Part shown: positions 37,706-50,641 of the stretch, one piece after another
Position numbering within the stretch: position 1 is the first letter of the stretch
Layout of the letters: each line of letters begins with the position of its first letter
Assembly (NCBI GenBank): GCA_030390025.1
Contig: CM059432.1
Coordinates: 54,500,001-54,564,000 of the forward strand
DNA from: Squalus acanthias
Taxonomy: Eukaryota
DNA length: 64,000 nucleotides
Direction: 5' to 3'
Program-made: the position numbers and the translations under genes
The notes under the pieces: generated by a model
Databases searched by the model: none
Seen by the model: the letters and a program-made list of their open reading frames with translations, nothing else
What the model was told of the DNA's origin: nothing

Positions 37706-38494
37706 GGCCCTGACTTTGCAGTCAGCAGTAAACAATCGGTTCCAGTCGTTCATTACGCTTACAATTGACCACAGACTTTCTATGGGATTTTGCACTGGAA
37801 CTTGTTTTGATTTGAAAACCATTTTGGTGCAGCGCCCTCTACAGGGGATCTGGGACCTGTGTAAACAGGGCAATCAACTGTGTATCTCCTTAACCAATCA
37901 GATTAAAGAATCGTTAATGAGCAGCACAGTGTCTGAACCAGGAAGTGTCAGTTGGAATAATTAATTCAATGCCGAATCATGTATTGAAAATGAAATAAAG
38001 AGAGGGAACTAAAGATGGGATTAAGAGAGAGAGATAAAAGTGACAAAGAAAAAGATAAATAAAAAATTATTTACATTTTTTAATTGTTTTAATTCTCCAA
38101 CAATAATTAAAATCTGATGAAATGAGACTCCACATCTGTAAAAGTAAGTTTTCCGTGCCAGAGAGATTGTTTGGCAGTAATTAAGACTTATCACGCTGTT
38201 ACAAATTTACTTACACTGGAATGGACAAGCCCTAACTTTTTTTGGCATGTTTAGTGTGTATCTACCACATAAGTACAGCAACTTCACACCATTCTAAGTG
38301 TTTCAAAGCCGAGTCTATTGGTGAGACACTGTTATAGCAAAGCTTCTGGAGAAGCAGGGCAACTCTGGCAGCAACCTCCTGACTTCCACGTTTAACTGTG
38401 CATGTGTGGTTGCCAGAAGTTGCTGTCCAACTTACGCTTTAATAACAGTGAGCGCTGCTAACATCACCGTTATTTTTACCACAAAATTCGGGCC
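37706..38494. mobile_element. Harbinger-type MITE family B relative
   Basis: Termini GGCCCTGACTTT / AAAATTCGGGCC, TSD AAT/ATT. Confidence 0.7.
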
Positions 38495-39582
38495 ATTGTG
38501 ACCCATCTCAAGAAAGTGCCACTCTTACCTACTGAGATTTTTTTGGCAAAAGCTACAGAGATAAAAATTAACGGCAGGTCAACCAATATCAAAGTTACTA
38601 TCTTATCCACAAGCAGATCAAGCCTCACTTCTTTGGATCTGGAGTCCAAACAGTTCCTTCAGCATCAGTCCTGGACAACATTCCTCCCTCAATGCCATCA
38701 AAAAACAGGTTAACTGCTCATGCTCATTCATCTCATTTGCTCTTTGTGGGACTTTGCTGTGTGCTCTGCTTACCCTTTTGCAATAGGTGACCAAAGACAT
38801 ATCTTACAGGGAGAAAGGGGCAGGGTTACTGGGATGAAAATAAGAACATGCTGAAACACATTAAGCAGGTGAGCAGAGGGGTGGAAAATGTGCCAAAAGA
38901 AGTGTAAAATTTTTTAATTACCTGAGGGGCGTGCCCCCAGTCTCTCAGGAAATACATTTTGCATCATCAGAATACACCACCCCTTTCAAAATTGTCTAAA
39001 TCCACCACTTTTATGTAGTGCAGTTTTTTTCCCTTAATGCAACTGATGGAATATTGGGTATGGCGAGAGATTAAGTTATGACAAATCTATGTCCCACTGC
39101 TCTCCTGTTGCAACAACTTCTTTTTGTGCATGATTTAGTCGCCTTGAAGCAGCGGCTTTGGTCATAGGCCTCTATTCAGGAACGTTTTTTGGTTGTACGT
39201 TTGTTTTTAGAGCTGTCAGCTTTTTTAGGGTTGTTTCAGCTTTTCCGAGTTTTGTAAGTTAGCATGTATGATCTACATACTTTTCGTTTTACTTGAAATC
39301 TGACTGATGTCCATTCTTGCACCATTTAATTCTATGACTCTGTGGCGGATCGCCACCTAAATGGGCATTATCCACTCTTCCATCCGTGGACAATATATCG
39401 AGCACCTTCCCTTTAAGGCACCTTACCTTTAAGGCAGGAGTGGGCGGGGCCTCAGGATTTTTCAGAGAATTCTGGGGGCTAGCTGATCAGCCATTTTTGT
39501 ACCATGCAGTTGTATTAAAAAAGTCTCTTGTTTTCCGCACATGGATTCAGCCTTAATTCGTGTTTCGCGGCAGCCTCAACAT

Positions 39583-39596
39583 TGGTGACCCCGACG
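39583..39596 (+). promoter_or_regulatory. Primer-binding site complementary to the tRNA-Trp 3' end
   Basis: TGGTGACCCCGACG just after the 5' LTR. Confidence 0.8.
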
Positions 39597-39621
39597 CTCA
39601 GAACATATTCCGAGCACTGCA

Positions 39622-40320
39622 ATGGCGGACACGAACGCAGTTTCCGTGAAACTGCTGGAGATTTGGGAAAACCAGCCCGAAGCCTGGTTTCTCCAAGCTG
39701 AATCTCGCTTCCGGCTGCGAAACATCACCACAGATCGGACGCAGTACGACTACCTCGTCACATCACTCGGTAGCGCCACAGTTTCAAAGGTTTGGACAGT
39801 GCTGCAGAACCCTCCAGAGGAAGGCAAGTAAGCACATCTCAAGACAGCGCACCTTAAAAAATTTACGGCCTCGGCATATCAGAGAAACTGCCACCTCCTC
39901 GACCTTCCAGGCCTCGGTGATGCCTCACCGTCAGACCTCCTCTCCCACATGCTCTCCCTCACCGACGAGAGCCCACCCGGATTCCTCTTCCGCACGCTGT
40001 TCATCCACCAGCTCCCTCTCAGCATCCGCCCAGCGATCGTGGCGTCCGGCCTAACGAACCTGGAAGCCCTGGCCGATGAGGCCGACAAGCTGCTGTCCGC
40101 TCACTCCAGCCGCGACGTCACTCCGGACCTGGCAGCCAATGCCTGGGCGCGCCCCTCACCAGCCACCACGCAGCTACAAGGGCCTGCCACCAGGCCCACG
40201 GGGCCTTCACGCCCCACTAACCCGGGCCACTGTTACGACCACACACGGTTCGGCGCCAGGGCACAACGGTGCACACCACCCTGCTCTTTCAAGTCCGCCC
40301 CCGTACCAGCCCCCGCAATG
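39622..40320 (+). pseudogene. gag: Gypsy gag-like region (stop at 39829, frameshift ~39860)
   Basis: AVSVKL..W...PEAWFLQAESRF, LGDASPSDLL and a CYDHTRFG..A..C..PC knuckle. Confidence 0.85.
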
Positions 40321-43300
40321 GCCGTGGGCCACGTGGGCTCCCTGCTGTTCGTCACGGATGACAAAACTGGCCGCCGGTTCCTGTGCGACACGGGGGCTCA
40401 GCACAGCATCATCCCAGCCTCCTCCCTCGACATCCAAAAGGGCGAACGAGGACCGGCGCTGGCTGCTGCTAACGGCTCGGAAATCCAGACGTATGGCACC
40501 CGGACAGTCACCCTTGACCTCGCTGGTCGCCGCTACAGATGGGAGTTCATCACTGCCAAGGTGCTCTCCCCTCTCATCGGCGCAGATTTCCTGTGCGCCC
40601 ACGGCCTACTGGTAGACATCCCCCGTCACCGCCTCGTGGACATGAACACCATGTCCCCCATCCTGGGCGCCATGTCCCCCGTCAACCCGCCGATATGGCG
40701 TCACAGTGCCACGCCCGGGCCACGGATGACTACTCGGCACTCCTGGCCGAATTCCCGGCCCTTACCAATCCGACCTTCTCCGCGGAGGCCGCCAAACACG
40801 GGGTGGAACACTTCATCCCCACCACAGGCCCCCCCAGTGTACGCCCACGCCCGCAGGCTGGACCCAGCCAAACTGGAGATCGCGCGGACCCAGTTTGCCA
40901 CCATGGAACAGCTCGGCATCATCCGCCGCTCCAACAGTCCCTGGGCCTCCCCACTCCACATCGCCCCCAAACCAGGTGGAGGTTGGCGCCCCTGCGGGGA
41001 TTACCGCCGCCTCAACGACGCCACCACCCCTGATCGGTACCCCGTGCCGCACATTCAGGACTTCTCGGCTAGACTGGCCGGCCACTCAGTCTTTTCCAAG
41101 GTTGACCTGGTGCGCGGCTACCACCAAGTCCCCGTCCACCCCGCGGACGTCCCCAAGACGGCCGTAATCACCCCCTTCGGCATGTTCGAGTTCCTGCGGA
41201 TGCCCTTCGGCCTCAAAAACGCGGCCCAGGCATTCCAACGGCTCATGGACTCGGTCCTTCGGGACCTGAAGTTCCTGTTCGTCTACCTGGACGACATCCT
41301 GGTAGCCAGTTCCTCCAAGCAGGAACACCTCGAACACCTTCGCATCCTGTTAGGGCGCCTCAAAGACCACGGGCTCATCCTCAGCCCAACCAAATGCCAG
41401 TTTGGCCTGGACAAGATCGGATTCCTCGGCCACCACATCACCCATGCTGGGGCCATTCCCCTGCCCACCAAGGTGCAGGCCGTCCAACAATTTCCCCGCC
41501 CCACCACCATCAAAGGCCTCCAGGAGTTCCTCGGGATGGTGAATTTCTATAACCGCTTCATCCCCAAAGCGGCGTCCCTCATAAGGCCCCTGTATGAAGC
41601 CCTCCGGGGCAGGAGCGGTAAGATGGCGGTCGAATGGACGGCAGATGCGTCCGCCGCCTTCGACTCCACCAAGACCGCGCTCGCCAACGCCACCCTGCTC
41701 GCGCACCCACGGCCCAATGCCAGGGTAGCGCTCACCACGGACGCCTCCGACCACGCGGTCGGCGCCGTGTATGAGCAGTGGGTCGACGGCGCCTGGCAAC
41801 CACTTGCCTTCTTCAGCCGCCAACTACGCCCCCCGAAGGTCAAGTACAGCACCTTCGACCGCGAGCTCCTCGCGCTGTTCCTGGCGGCCCACCATTTCCG
41901 GTTTTTGCTTGAGGGCCACCCCTTCACTGCGTTTGTCGACCAAAAGCCCCTGACATTCGCAATGGCAAAGACAACCGACCCCTGGTCCGCCAGGCAGCAG
42001 CGCCAGCTCGCGGCAGTGTCCGAGTTCACCACGGACATCCAACACGTCTCCGGCCGAGACAATGTGGTAGCCGACTGCCTCTCCCGCCACGCCATCCACG
42101 CCGCACACCTGGCAGTCGACTACGCTCAACTCGCAGCAGACCAGATCACCGACCCTGATCTGCTCTCCGCACCCACCAACCTACCAGGGCTACGCCTGGC
42201 CGACGTCGCCTGTGGCCCGACCGCAGTCACGGTCAAATGCGACATATCCCTATGTCAACCTCGGCCCGTCGTCTCAGCGTCCTGGCGCCGCCGGGTATTC
42301 GACATTCTCCACAACCTCTCCCACCCCGGCGCCCGCGCATCCATCAAATTGGTAGCCAACCGCTTCATCTGGCGCGGCCTTCGCAAGGATGTGCGTACTT
42401 GGGCCAACTCCTGCCTAGCCTGCCAACGGGCCAAGGTACAGCAACACACGAAAGCACCCCTCGAGGAGTTTACCGTCCCCTCGCGGAGATTCGACCACAT
42501 CCACGTGGACATCGTCGGGCCCCTGCCGCCGTCGCAAGGCCACACGCACTTGCTGACCATCGTTGACCGTACCACACGCTGGCCCGAGGCAATTCCACTG
42601 ACCTCTACCACCGCCGCCGACATCGCCAGAGCCTTCGTCAGCACCTGGGTCACACGGTTCGGCGTCCCCTCCGACATGACGTCGGACAGAGGTCCGCAAT
42701 TTACCTCTGAACTCTGGACCGCCGTCGCACGCAATCTCGGGGTGACCATTCACCGCACCACAGCGTACCACCCCCAAGCCAACGGACTGTGTGAGCGGTT
42801 CCACAGATCCTTCAAGGCATCTCTTCAAGCCAGCCTCCAGGACGGTGCCTGGACCGACCGACTTCCGTGGGTCCTCCTCGGCCTGCACACCGCGGTTAAA
42901 GAAGACCTCCACGCATCGGCAGCAGAGCTCGTGTACGGTCAGCCGCTGCGCGTACCCGGCGACTTCCTGCCCACCGCCACGACACCCTGGTCAGCCGACC
43001 AGCAACGCCACGACTTCGCCTCACCGGCGCTGCAGTTCGCCCCGGTGCCCATTGCCTGACACGGCGAATCCACCTCACACGTCCCACTAAGCCTGCACCA
43101 GGCACGGTTTGTTTTCATCCGGCACGACGCCCACCGCGGACCCCTTCAACCCCCGTATGACGGGCCCTACAAGGTGCTACAGGCTGGGGACAAATTTTTC
43201 ACCCTGCAAGTGGGCGACAGGACCGAAAAAGTGTCGGTTGACCGACTCAAGCCAGCACACTCGGAGCCCGGTGAGCAGGTCCCTGTAGCTCGTCCACCTC

Positions 43301-43434
43301 CACGCGGCTGACCTGCCCTCAAGCCGGTTCACCCGGCTGCTCCACGCCCGGCCGTTCCACGTCCACCGGTGTCCTACAAGAGCCGCTCCGGCCGGCCCAT
43401 CAGACCGCCGCACCATCTCGTCCACACCTCCTAA
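40321..43434 (+). pseudogene. pol: Gypsy pol (protease, RT, RNase H, integrase with GPY/F motif), lightly mutated
   Basis: DTGA, DYRRLN, MPFGLKNA, YLDD, TDAS, HHCC zinc finger, SDRGPQF, YHPQANGLCER. PYDGPYKVL follows a TGA at 43057, and another TGA occurs at 43308. Confidence 0.95.
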
Positions 43435-43697
43435 GCGGATTCTGGGGGGAGCTGTGTGACGGATCGCCACCTAAACGGGCATTATCCACTCTTCCGTCCG
43501 TGGACAATATATCGAGCACCTTCCCTTTAAGGCACCTTACCTTTAAGGCAGGAGTGGGTGGGGCCTCAGGATTTTTCCAGAGAATTCTGGGGGCTAGCTG
43601 TTCAGCCATTTTTGTACCATGCAGTTGTATTAAAAAAGTCTCTTGTTTTCCGCACATGGATTCAGCCTTAATTCATGTTTCGCGGCAGCCTCAACAA

Positions 43698-44650
43698 CTC
43701 AGCTATTTACAATCTATATCAGTGGCTTAGATGAGCGTAATGTATCCAAAATTACTGACATACAAACCTAGGTGGGAAAGGAAGCTGTGAGGAAGATGCA
43801 AAGAGGCTACAAAGGGATATAGACAGATTAACTGAATGGACAAGAATATGGCAGATGGAGTATAATGTGGAGAAATATGAAGTTATATGTTTTGGTAGGA
43901 AAAATAGAAAAGCAAAATATTTTTTATAAGGTGAGAGAGGAGGAAATGTTGGTATTCAGTGGGACCTGGGTGTCCTTGTACATGAATCATAGAACGTTAA
44001 CATGCAGGTACAGCAAGCAATTAGGAAATCAAATGGTATGTTAACCTTTATTACAAAGGGATTGGAGTATAAGAGTAAAGAAGTCTTACTGCAATTATAT
44101 AGGCCTTGGTGAGACCACACCTGGAATACTTTGTACAGTTTTGGTCTCCTGACCTATGGAAGGATATACTTGCCTTAACGAGGGTGCAAAAAAGGTTCAC
44201 TGGGCTGATTTTTGGGATGAGGGGATTGTCCTATGAGGAGAGATTGAGTAGACAAGACCTATATTCCCTAGAGTTTAGAAGAACAATCTCATTGAAACAT
44301 ATAAAATTCTTAAGGGGCTTATCAGGGTAGATGCTGGAGGGTGTTTCCCCTAGCTGGGGAGTCTAGAACTAGGGGCCACAATCTCAGAATAAGGGGTCGG
44401 CCATTTAGGACTGAGACGAGGAGAAATTTCTTCACTCAAAGGGTTGTGAACCCAGAGGGCTGTGGATGCTCAGTCGTTGAATAAGACAGAGATCAATAGA
44501 TTTTTGTACACCAAGGGAATCAAGAGATATGGTGATAGGGCAGGATAGTGGAGTTGAGGTAGAAGATCAGCCATGTTGAATGGCGGAACTGGCTTGAAGG
44601 GCCAAATGGCCTACTGCTGCTCCTATTTCTTAATGTCTTATGTTCTTATG
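43698..44650 (+). mobile_element. CR1 LINE 3' fragment
   Basis: VRPHLEYFVQFWSP and tail 'cttatgttcttatg'. Confidence 0.9.
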
Positions 44651-45946
44651 ACTTCCCCTGTGTAAGACACCTTACAGATTGGAATCTGATAAATTAAAAA
44701 TACTGAACGGATGTTATTGTGAGGAAAGCTTACCAATTCACTATTTAGCTGCACTGTTGTAAATTGAAAAAACACATCATCCTATTGAATACAATAGCCA
44801 TAGTAAATGAACAAATGTTATCATTCAGTTGTTATGAAATAGTCTGTATTGTACCTGAGATTATAACGGATAAATTCAGTGATCCAGTGGGGCCTCGCAT
44901 TCCAAGGGTGTACGTGGTCAGGAAATCAGGGCTACAATGTTGTAGCTCTATCTCTAATCCACACATCCTTTGATTGCAGCTCTCTATTGGAAGCTTGATA
45001 TCAGTGAGTTTACTCTATAATCTACTTATAATTAATTCAAAACTATATCTGCAGGTAATAGAATCCTGAAGTGGTCCAGAAAAAAATGAATAAAAAGACT
45101 AACAAAAGAATAACCAGAGGGACTTAAGAATATAAGAACATAAGAATTAGGAGCAGGTGTAGGTCATATGGCACCTCGATCCTGCTCCACCATTCAATAA
45201 GATCATGGCTAATCTTCGATCTCAACTCCACTTTCCCACCCGATCCCCATGTCCCTCGATTCCCCTAGAGTCCAAACATCTATCTATCTCAGCCTTCAAT
45301 ATACTCAACAACTGTGCATCCACAGCCCTTTGGGGTAGAGAATTTCAAATATTCACAACACCCTGAGTGAAGAAATTCCTCCTCGTCTCAGTCTTAAATG
45401 GCCGACCCCTTATCCTGAGACTATGCCTCCTAGTTCTAGACTCTCCAGCCAGGGGATACAACCTCTCAGCATCGACCCTGTCAATCCCCCTCAGAATCCT
45501 ATATGTTTCAATGAGATCACCTCTCATTCTTCTAAACTCCAGAGAGTGTAGGCTCAGTCTATGCAATCTCTCCTCAGAGGACAACCCTCTCATGCCAGGA
45601 ATCAATCTAGTGAACTTTCGTTGCACCGCCTCTAAGGAAAGTCTATTCTTCCACAGATAAGGGGACCAAAACTGTGCACAGTACTCCAGGTGTGGTTTCA
45701 CCAAAGCCCTGTACAATTGTAGCAAGACTTCCTTCCACTTGTACTCCAACCCCCTTGCAATAAAGGCCAACTTGCCATTTGCCTTCCTAATTGCTTGCTG
45801 TACCTGCATGCTAACTCTCTGGGTTTCCTGTACGAGGACACCTAAGTTTCACTGAACACCAACATTTAATAGTTTCTCACCATTTGAAAAATATTCTGTT
45901 TTCTAGTCTTCCCACCAAAGTGAATAACCTCACATTTCCCCACATT

Positions 45947-46698
45947 GGGCCAGAATTTCGGCTCTCTGGCTTCCCGCGGGTGCAAGGATCGCGTGCGTAC
46001 TTACCTACCGCGCCTGCCGTTGTGCTTCGGGCCCGCATGGACTTCAGCTCCTGGACCTCCTGCAGCTGCCGGCGCGCAGTGCTTGCGTATCCCAGTTCGA
46101 AGCATCTCCTGGGATCACGTGGGCCATGGAGAGCCAATCGGAGCAGGGAATCTCCATTCATAGATTTTGACAGGAAGACCTGTCAAATCTATGAATAGAG
46201 ATCAGCCCCAAAACCTCACTAAAATTTCAAATAAATTTAAAAAAACATCACATTTTTAAAATAACTATAAATTACATAAATTAACTACATTAAACAAAAA
46301 TTAAAACTTTTGAAAAAATTAATTACACTTTTTAACGGTGCAAAAAATAAACTTACCTTTCTTTAAAGTATGTAAAAAAGATAAACCTGTTGAAAAAATG
46401 TTTAAATTCTACTTAATTCACCACTTGCCTTGTTAAAAGCAGGCCTTGCGCCTCCTTTTTTCCTGCGCAGCTTCTCCGTACTTACCCTCACTCCAAAACC
46501 TGTAAAAAAAACGGAAGTTCGAGGCATGCGCGCTGCCTCTCCGGCGCACACGGTTGACCCTCGAACCCCTTCTTTCACGAGACCGGAAGTTCCGGTTTCC
46601 CATGCATGCACAGTGCATGCGCGAAACCGGCACTTCCGGTGGCCCTACGGGTAAGTACACAGCGCGTACTCACCCGTGGAGACCTGAATTTCTGCCCC
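45947..46698. mobile_element. MITE family A, copy 3
   Basis: TIRs GGGCCAGAATTT / AATTTCTGCCCC, TSD ATT/ATA inside CR1. Confidence 0.9.
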
Positions 46699-47161
46699 AT
46701 AATACTCGATCTGCCACCTTATTGCCCACTCACTTAACCTGTCTATAATCCTTAGCAGACTCTTTGGCCACAATTATGCCGGCGCTCAGAGGACAGGTTC
46801 GGAGGCGGGTCAAGTGCTAAACTCGCTATGATTGACAGCGGGTTGGAAACCCGCCACGAACCTGCCTCCGTGTGAGTTTCAAGAGTGTCGGGTCTGTGAT
46901 TTCACAACAGACCTGACACCAAGCGGCGGTTAAGGAATTTAAGCCACTTAACTCCTTGTTAAGTGCTTGTTAACTGCCATTGTGACAGCCTTTTCCTATT
47001 TTCCAACATTTTCAATGGGTTTCACGACGTTCGGAGATCGCGCCAGGTAAGTGTGTTGGGAAGACCAACGAGCTAGATACTTCACAGCTGCAACTGCAGT
47101 CTCAAATCTGCTCAATTTCAAATGTCAGAGGTTGCTGATTTAACGATTTGGGAGACACATT

Positions 47162-50100
47162 GGGCTCGATTTTGCCATTGGGGACAGGCTGGGGGCGTGT
47201 CAGGTGGTCGGCGTGTCAGGATCCCGACTCCGATGTGAGGCGGGACAAAAGTGCGATTTTGCCCTAATTGGGCACTTGATTTCCAGCGTGTGGAAACTCC
47301 TGGCCCAATGAGTCTTTTCATACAGAAAGTCGCCTCCGATGACATCATCAATGCTGCTGGATTTAAGGCCTGCAAGCAGCCTTGCTTCTTTTTCAGCTTT
47401 TAAACTTTATGCCCATTGTTCTGAGCGCTTCCTTCACCAACTATGTCCACCAGTAGACCAAAGTGTGCTTCAAGATTCGATGAGGCCTCCCTCCAAGCTC
47501 TGGTGGAGGGAGCAAGGGCAAATAAGGAGGTGCTCTTCCCTTCCTCAGGGAGGAAAAAGCCTCCCCAGCAGACTAAAGCTGTGTGGCTGCAAGTGACCCA
47601 AGAGGTAAACGCAATTTCTATGTGCAGCAGAACCTGGCTGCAGTGCAGGAAGAGGTTTCATGACCTTCTCCGCACAGGAAAAGTGAGTATGACTTTCCCA
47701 TCACCCTCAATCTGATCCCCATCGCCTCTCCTCACCAGCACTCTGCTTTGCCAACCTCTTCCTCCACATCCCACTTGACACTTACATCCCTGCACCCTTA
47801 CCCATTCCCTCTCTCTCTATGATCACATTCACTTAACTATTCGACCATGCAGCCCTCAAACTCCCTATCACGGTGATGCAATGACAACAACTTATAACAC
47901 AGAGGGAGGGCCCTTTGTCTCCTTCTAAGCATCTATGCTATGGATTCTCTACACTCACTCCTTCATTCTCACTCAAACTCCACTTGTGTCCCTCATTGCA
48001 GGAAAAGAGAGCCCACAATAAGAGGGAACGAGCGAGGACAGGAGGAGGGCCACCCTCAGTAGCCCAGCTCACCACATCGGAGGAGGCGGCCCTGGAGATC
48101 GCCGGAGTGGAGGACGATTCATAAGTGGGGGACGGACAGACGGGCGCATCACAGCAAGCTGGTGACAGAATAGTTTAGCATCTCTCTCATTGACATTGCA
48201 TGAGTGACTGATAATGATTCTGATGCTCTAACAGATTGACTTATGATCATCTGCATAATACCTCACATCTCTAACTCTTTCCTTTACTCCCCCACAGGAC
48301 CATCGGCAGCCCCCGTCCCCACTGTCCAGGAGGAACAGCCTGAGCCTCAAGACTCCTCAGAGGAAGCTGCAACCTCTGAGGGCGCAGCGTCAGCAGAATT
48401 CAGCGCACCCAGGACCAGTGCAGACACTCACACCTCGGTGGGACCTTCACGAGATAGAGTAGTGTTGTCACCTGGTGTATCACAGATCACAAGTGAGCAT
48501 CAGCAGATGGTGGAGACAGGGACAGCAGTGGAGAGTCCTCGTTGGAGGGCGCAGGACTATGCCAGCTCGGCTCAGCTGCATGTCGACCCTGTGCCTCCGG
48601 GTCCATCCAGAAGGAGAGCGGTGCTGGAACTCCAGGAACAGGTGTAGGAGTCTCTGGCAGGTTTTGTCTCCAGGGTCGCTGTGAGTGTGGAGCGAATGGA
48701 GGAATCCATCGCAAACATGAGCAGAGCCTTTGTGGAGGCATTGGCGCATGAACGTATCACCACAGAAAGGATGGCAACCTCCGTGGAAAGGATGGCTACC
48801 TCCGTGGTAAGGCTGGCTACCGTAGAGGAGAGGATGGCTACAGTAGAGCAGAGGATGGCTACGGCCATGGAGGAGCTTAGTCGCCAGGGTATGGAAAACA
48901 TGGTAATCGTTCAGAATAGACTGACATCTCTTGAGGAGCGATGATCAGCTATTGAGCATAGAAACCAGACCTTCATGGCATTCCTCTGGAGTAGGACTTC
49001 CAGTACAGAAACAAGTCCTCATGGCCCCCCTGAAGTGCAGCAAGGTGCTGTCAAGCCACTTGCTAGCTCTGAAGTGGGACTGACCCATGAGAGGGATGTT
49101 GGTGACAGACAACAAGGAAGTGGGGGCTCCTCTCCAAGCGCTCACACGACCATGCCACTGCAAAGCCCTTGGTCAGAGCCCCACTAGAGTCCTCACCCAA
49201 CTGAGATGGGCGTCTCAGCCCCTGCACAGCCGTAGGAGCAGCAGACTGTTGCCGAGCCCTCACAGGTTCGCAACCCCAGAGGACGGCCGCCAAAGGTGTC
49301 GAGACAGGAGCAGCAAGAAAGTGAGAAAAGGGCCTCCACATCTGCTGAAGCCACAGGGGAAGCACCACGTAGGAGCATGCGTAAGAGGAAGATAAAGCAC
49401 AAGTAGTCACAAGGGTAGTCACTTGGGTGTTCTGTTGTATTGATTTTTGACAAGCCATCCTTGAATTGTTATGATTAACAGATTTGATGGCAAACTGTTG
49501 AAGTTGTGGCCTGTGTCATTTCGCAAATGGGACTTCCACATTGAGGGCTTAGGGCGACTTGCAATTGTCAGTATGGTGGTCAGAGTGATAGGAATCTGCA
49601 GGTTCTTGTCCATTGTCGATGCTCTGGTAAGAAGGCGCGAGGCAAAAGTGTTTGATTGTGCAGGCTAAGTAAATCTGGGCAACATGAGTGCGTCCCTTGC
49701 ATCTTGGGCAGCAATGTGGTCATGGTCTGGCACCTTCTGGCCTGTGCAGCTTCAGGTGGGTGAACAGCAGCTTGGCGCTCCTGTTGTTGCTCCTGCTGTT
49801 GGTGGTGCTCAGGGTTCTGCTGCTGCCATGGGTGGTCTTCGTCCGAATCTGATGTCCAGGAGGAAAGGAAATAAATGGTTCCCATGCTTCTGGTATATAC
49901 CTCAGTTGAGGGAGCGCTCAGTCAAGGTGGGGAGAGGGGTTTCCCAGGAAGTCACTCTGGAGATGGGTGTCAGGCTCCAAACTTCCACAACAATGAGTAG
50001 GCCTGCTAAAAGTTCCCCCAGACCTGAGACAACAAAGTTCTGCCACCTGCAAATGATCATTGGTGAAAACTCCTTTTTAATGGTGGAGCTGCAGCTGTTA

Positions 50101-50415
50101 GTAAGCAATCCACTTGTGAGGCCGCCAGGATTAACTGGCGTGTTCCAGAGGAGACATGCAGGACGGGGGAAATGTGTTAAAATCAGAAAGGCCTCTCAAA
50201 ATGGGATTATAGAGGCAATTAACTGGTTGTTAAGGGCCTTAAGGGTGTATCCCACTTCTTGGAGGCGGGATGGAAACGGGGTCTGAAACCATGAATGTGG
50301 GAAAATTGCTCAGGGGCGGGATGGAGGCAGAATCGGACCCACCCGCCATTTTTTGCGATTTTGACAACTCACACGCCTCCAAACCCGCTTCCTCGAGCCT
50401 GGTAAAATCGAGCCC
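47162..50415. mobile_element. Harbinger derivative H4 (Myb gene plus short presumed transposase stub)
   Basis: Perfect TIR GGGCTCGATTTT / AAAATCGAGCCC and ATT TSD. Confidence 0.9.
47443..49406 (+). pseudogene. Myb/SANT-like gene of H4, exons 47443-47682, 48002-48161, 48298-49406; in-frame stops
   Basis: RFDEASLQALVEG..W..V..SRTWLQCRKRFHDL, EKRAHNKRERARTGGG, coiled coil, basic end. Stops at 48122, 48645 and 48942. Confidence 0.85.
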
Positions 50416-50641
50416 ATTCTGTCTTGAGGCTGTAAATGTATGGTGTTAACTCTATATCCACTGTCACCTGCATTGTTGGACATAAAAGACACCCTCACCC
50501 TTCACTGTGCCACCTCAAGTTGTGAGCACACAAATGACAACGATGTCAAACGTTCATACAAGATTAATTTATTCCAACATAATAAAAAACAGAAACTTAA
50601 CATTCAATTCTATCAGAATACTCAAGTGAGTACCCTTGTGA

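Larger units (their letters stand above)
39341..43696 (+). mobile_element. Complete Ty3/Gypsy LTR retrotransposon
   Basis: LTRs 39341-39581 and 43455-43696 (TG...CA; 6 substitutions and 1 indel), ACTC TSD, PBS, purine tract 43444-43451, gag-PR-RT-RH-IN order. Confidence 0.97.

Noticed and set aside
40076..43470. Many overlapping alternative-frame and antisense ORFs in the Gypsy element
   Set aside because: Expected in GC-rich coding DNA. No motifs except the frameshifted segment reported.
44855..44931. Minus-strand exon with GMRGPTGSL Gly-X-Y run
   Set aside because: Weak acceptor, only three triplets and no other collagen exons.
49684..50286. 200-aa plus-strand ORF in H4
   Set aside because: Antisense to the presumed transposase stub and subterminal region, with no motif.
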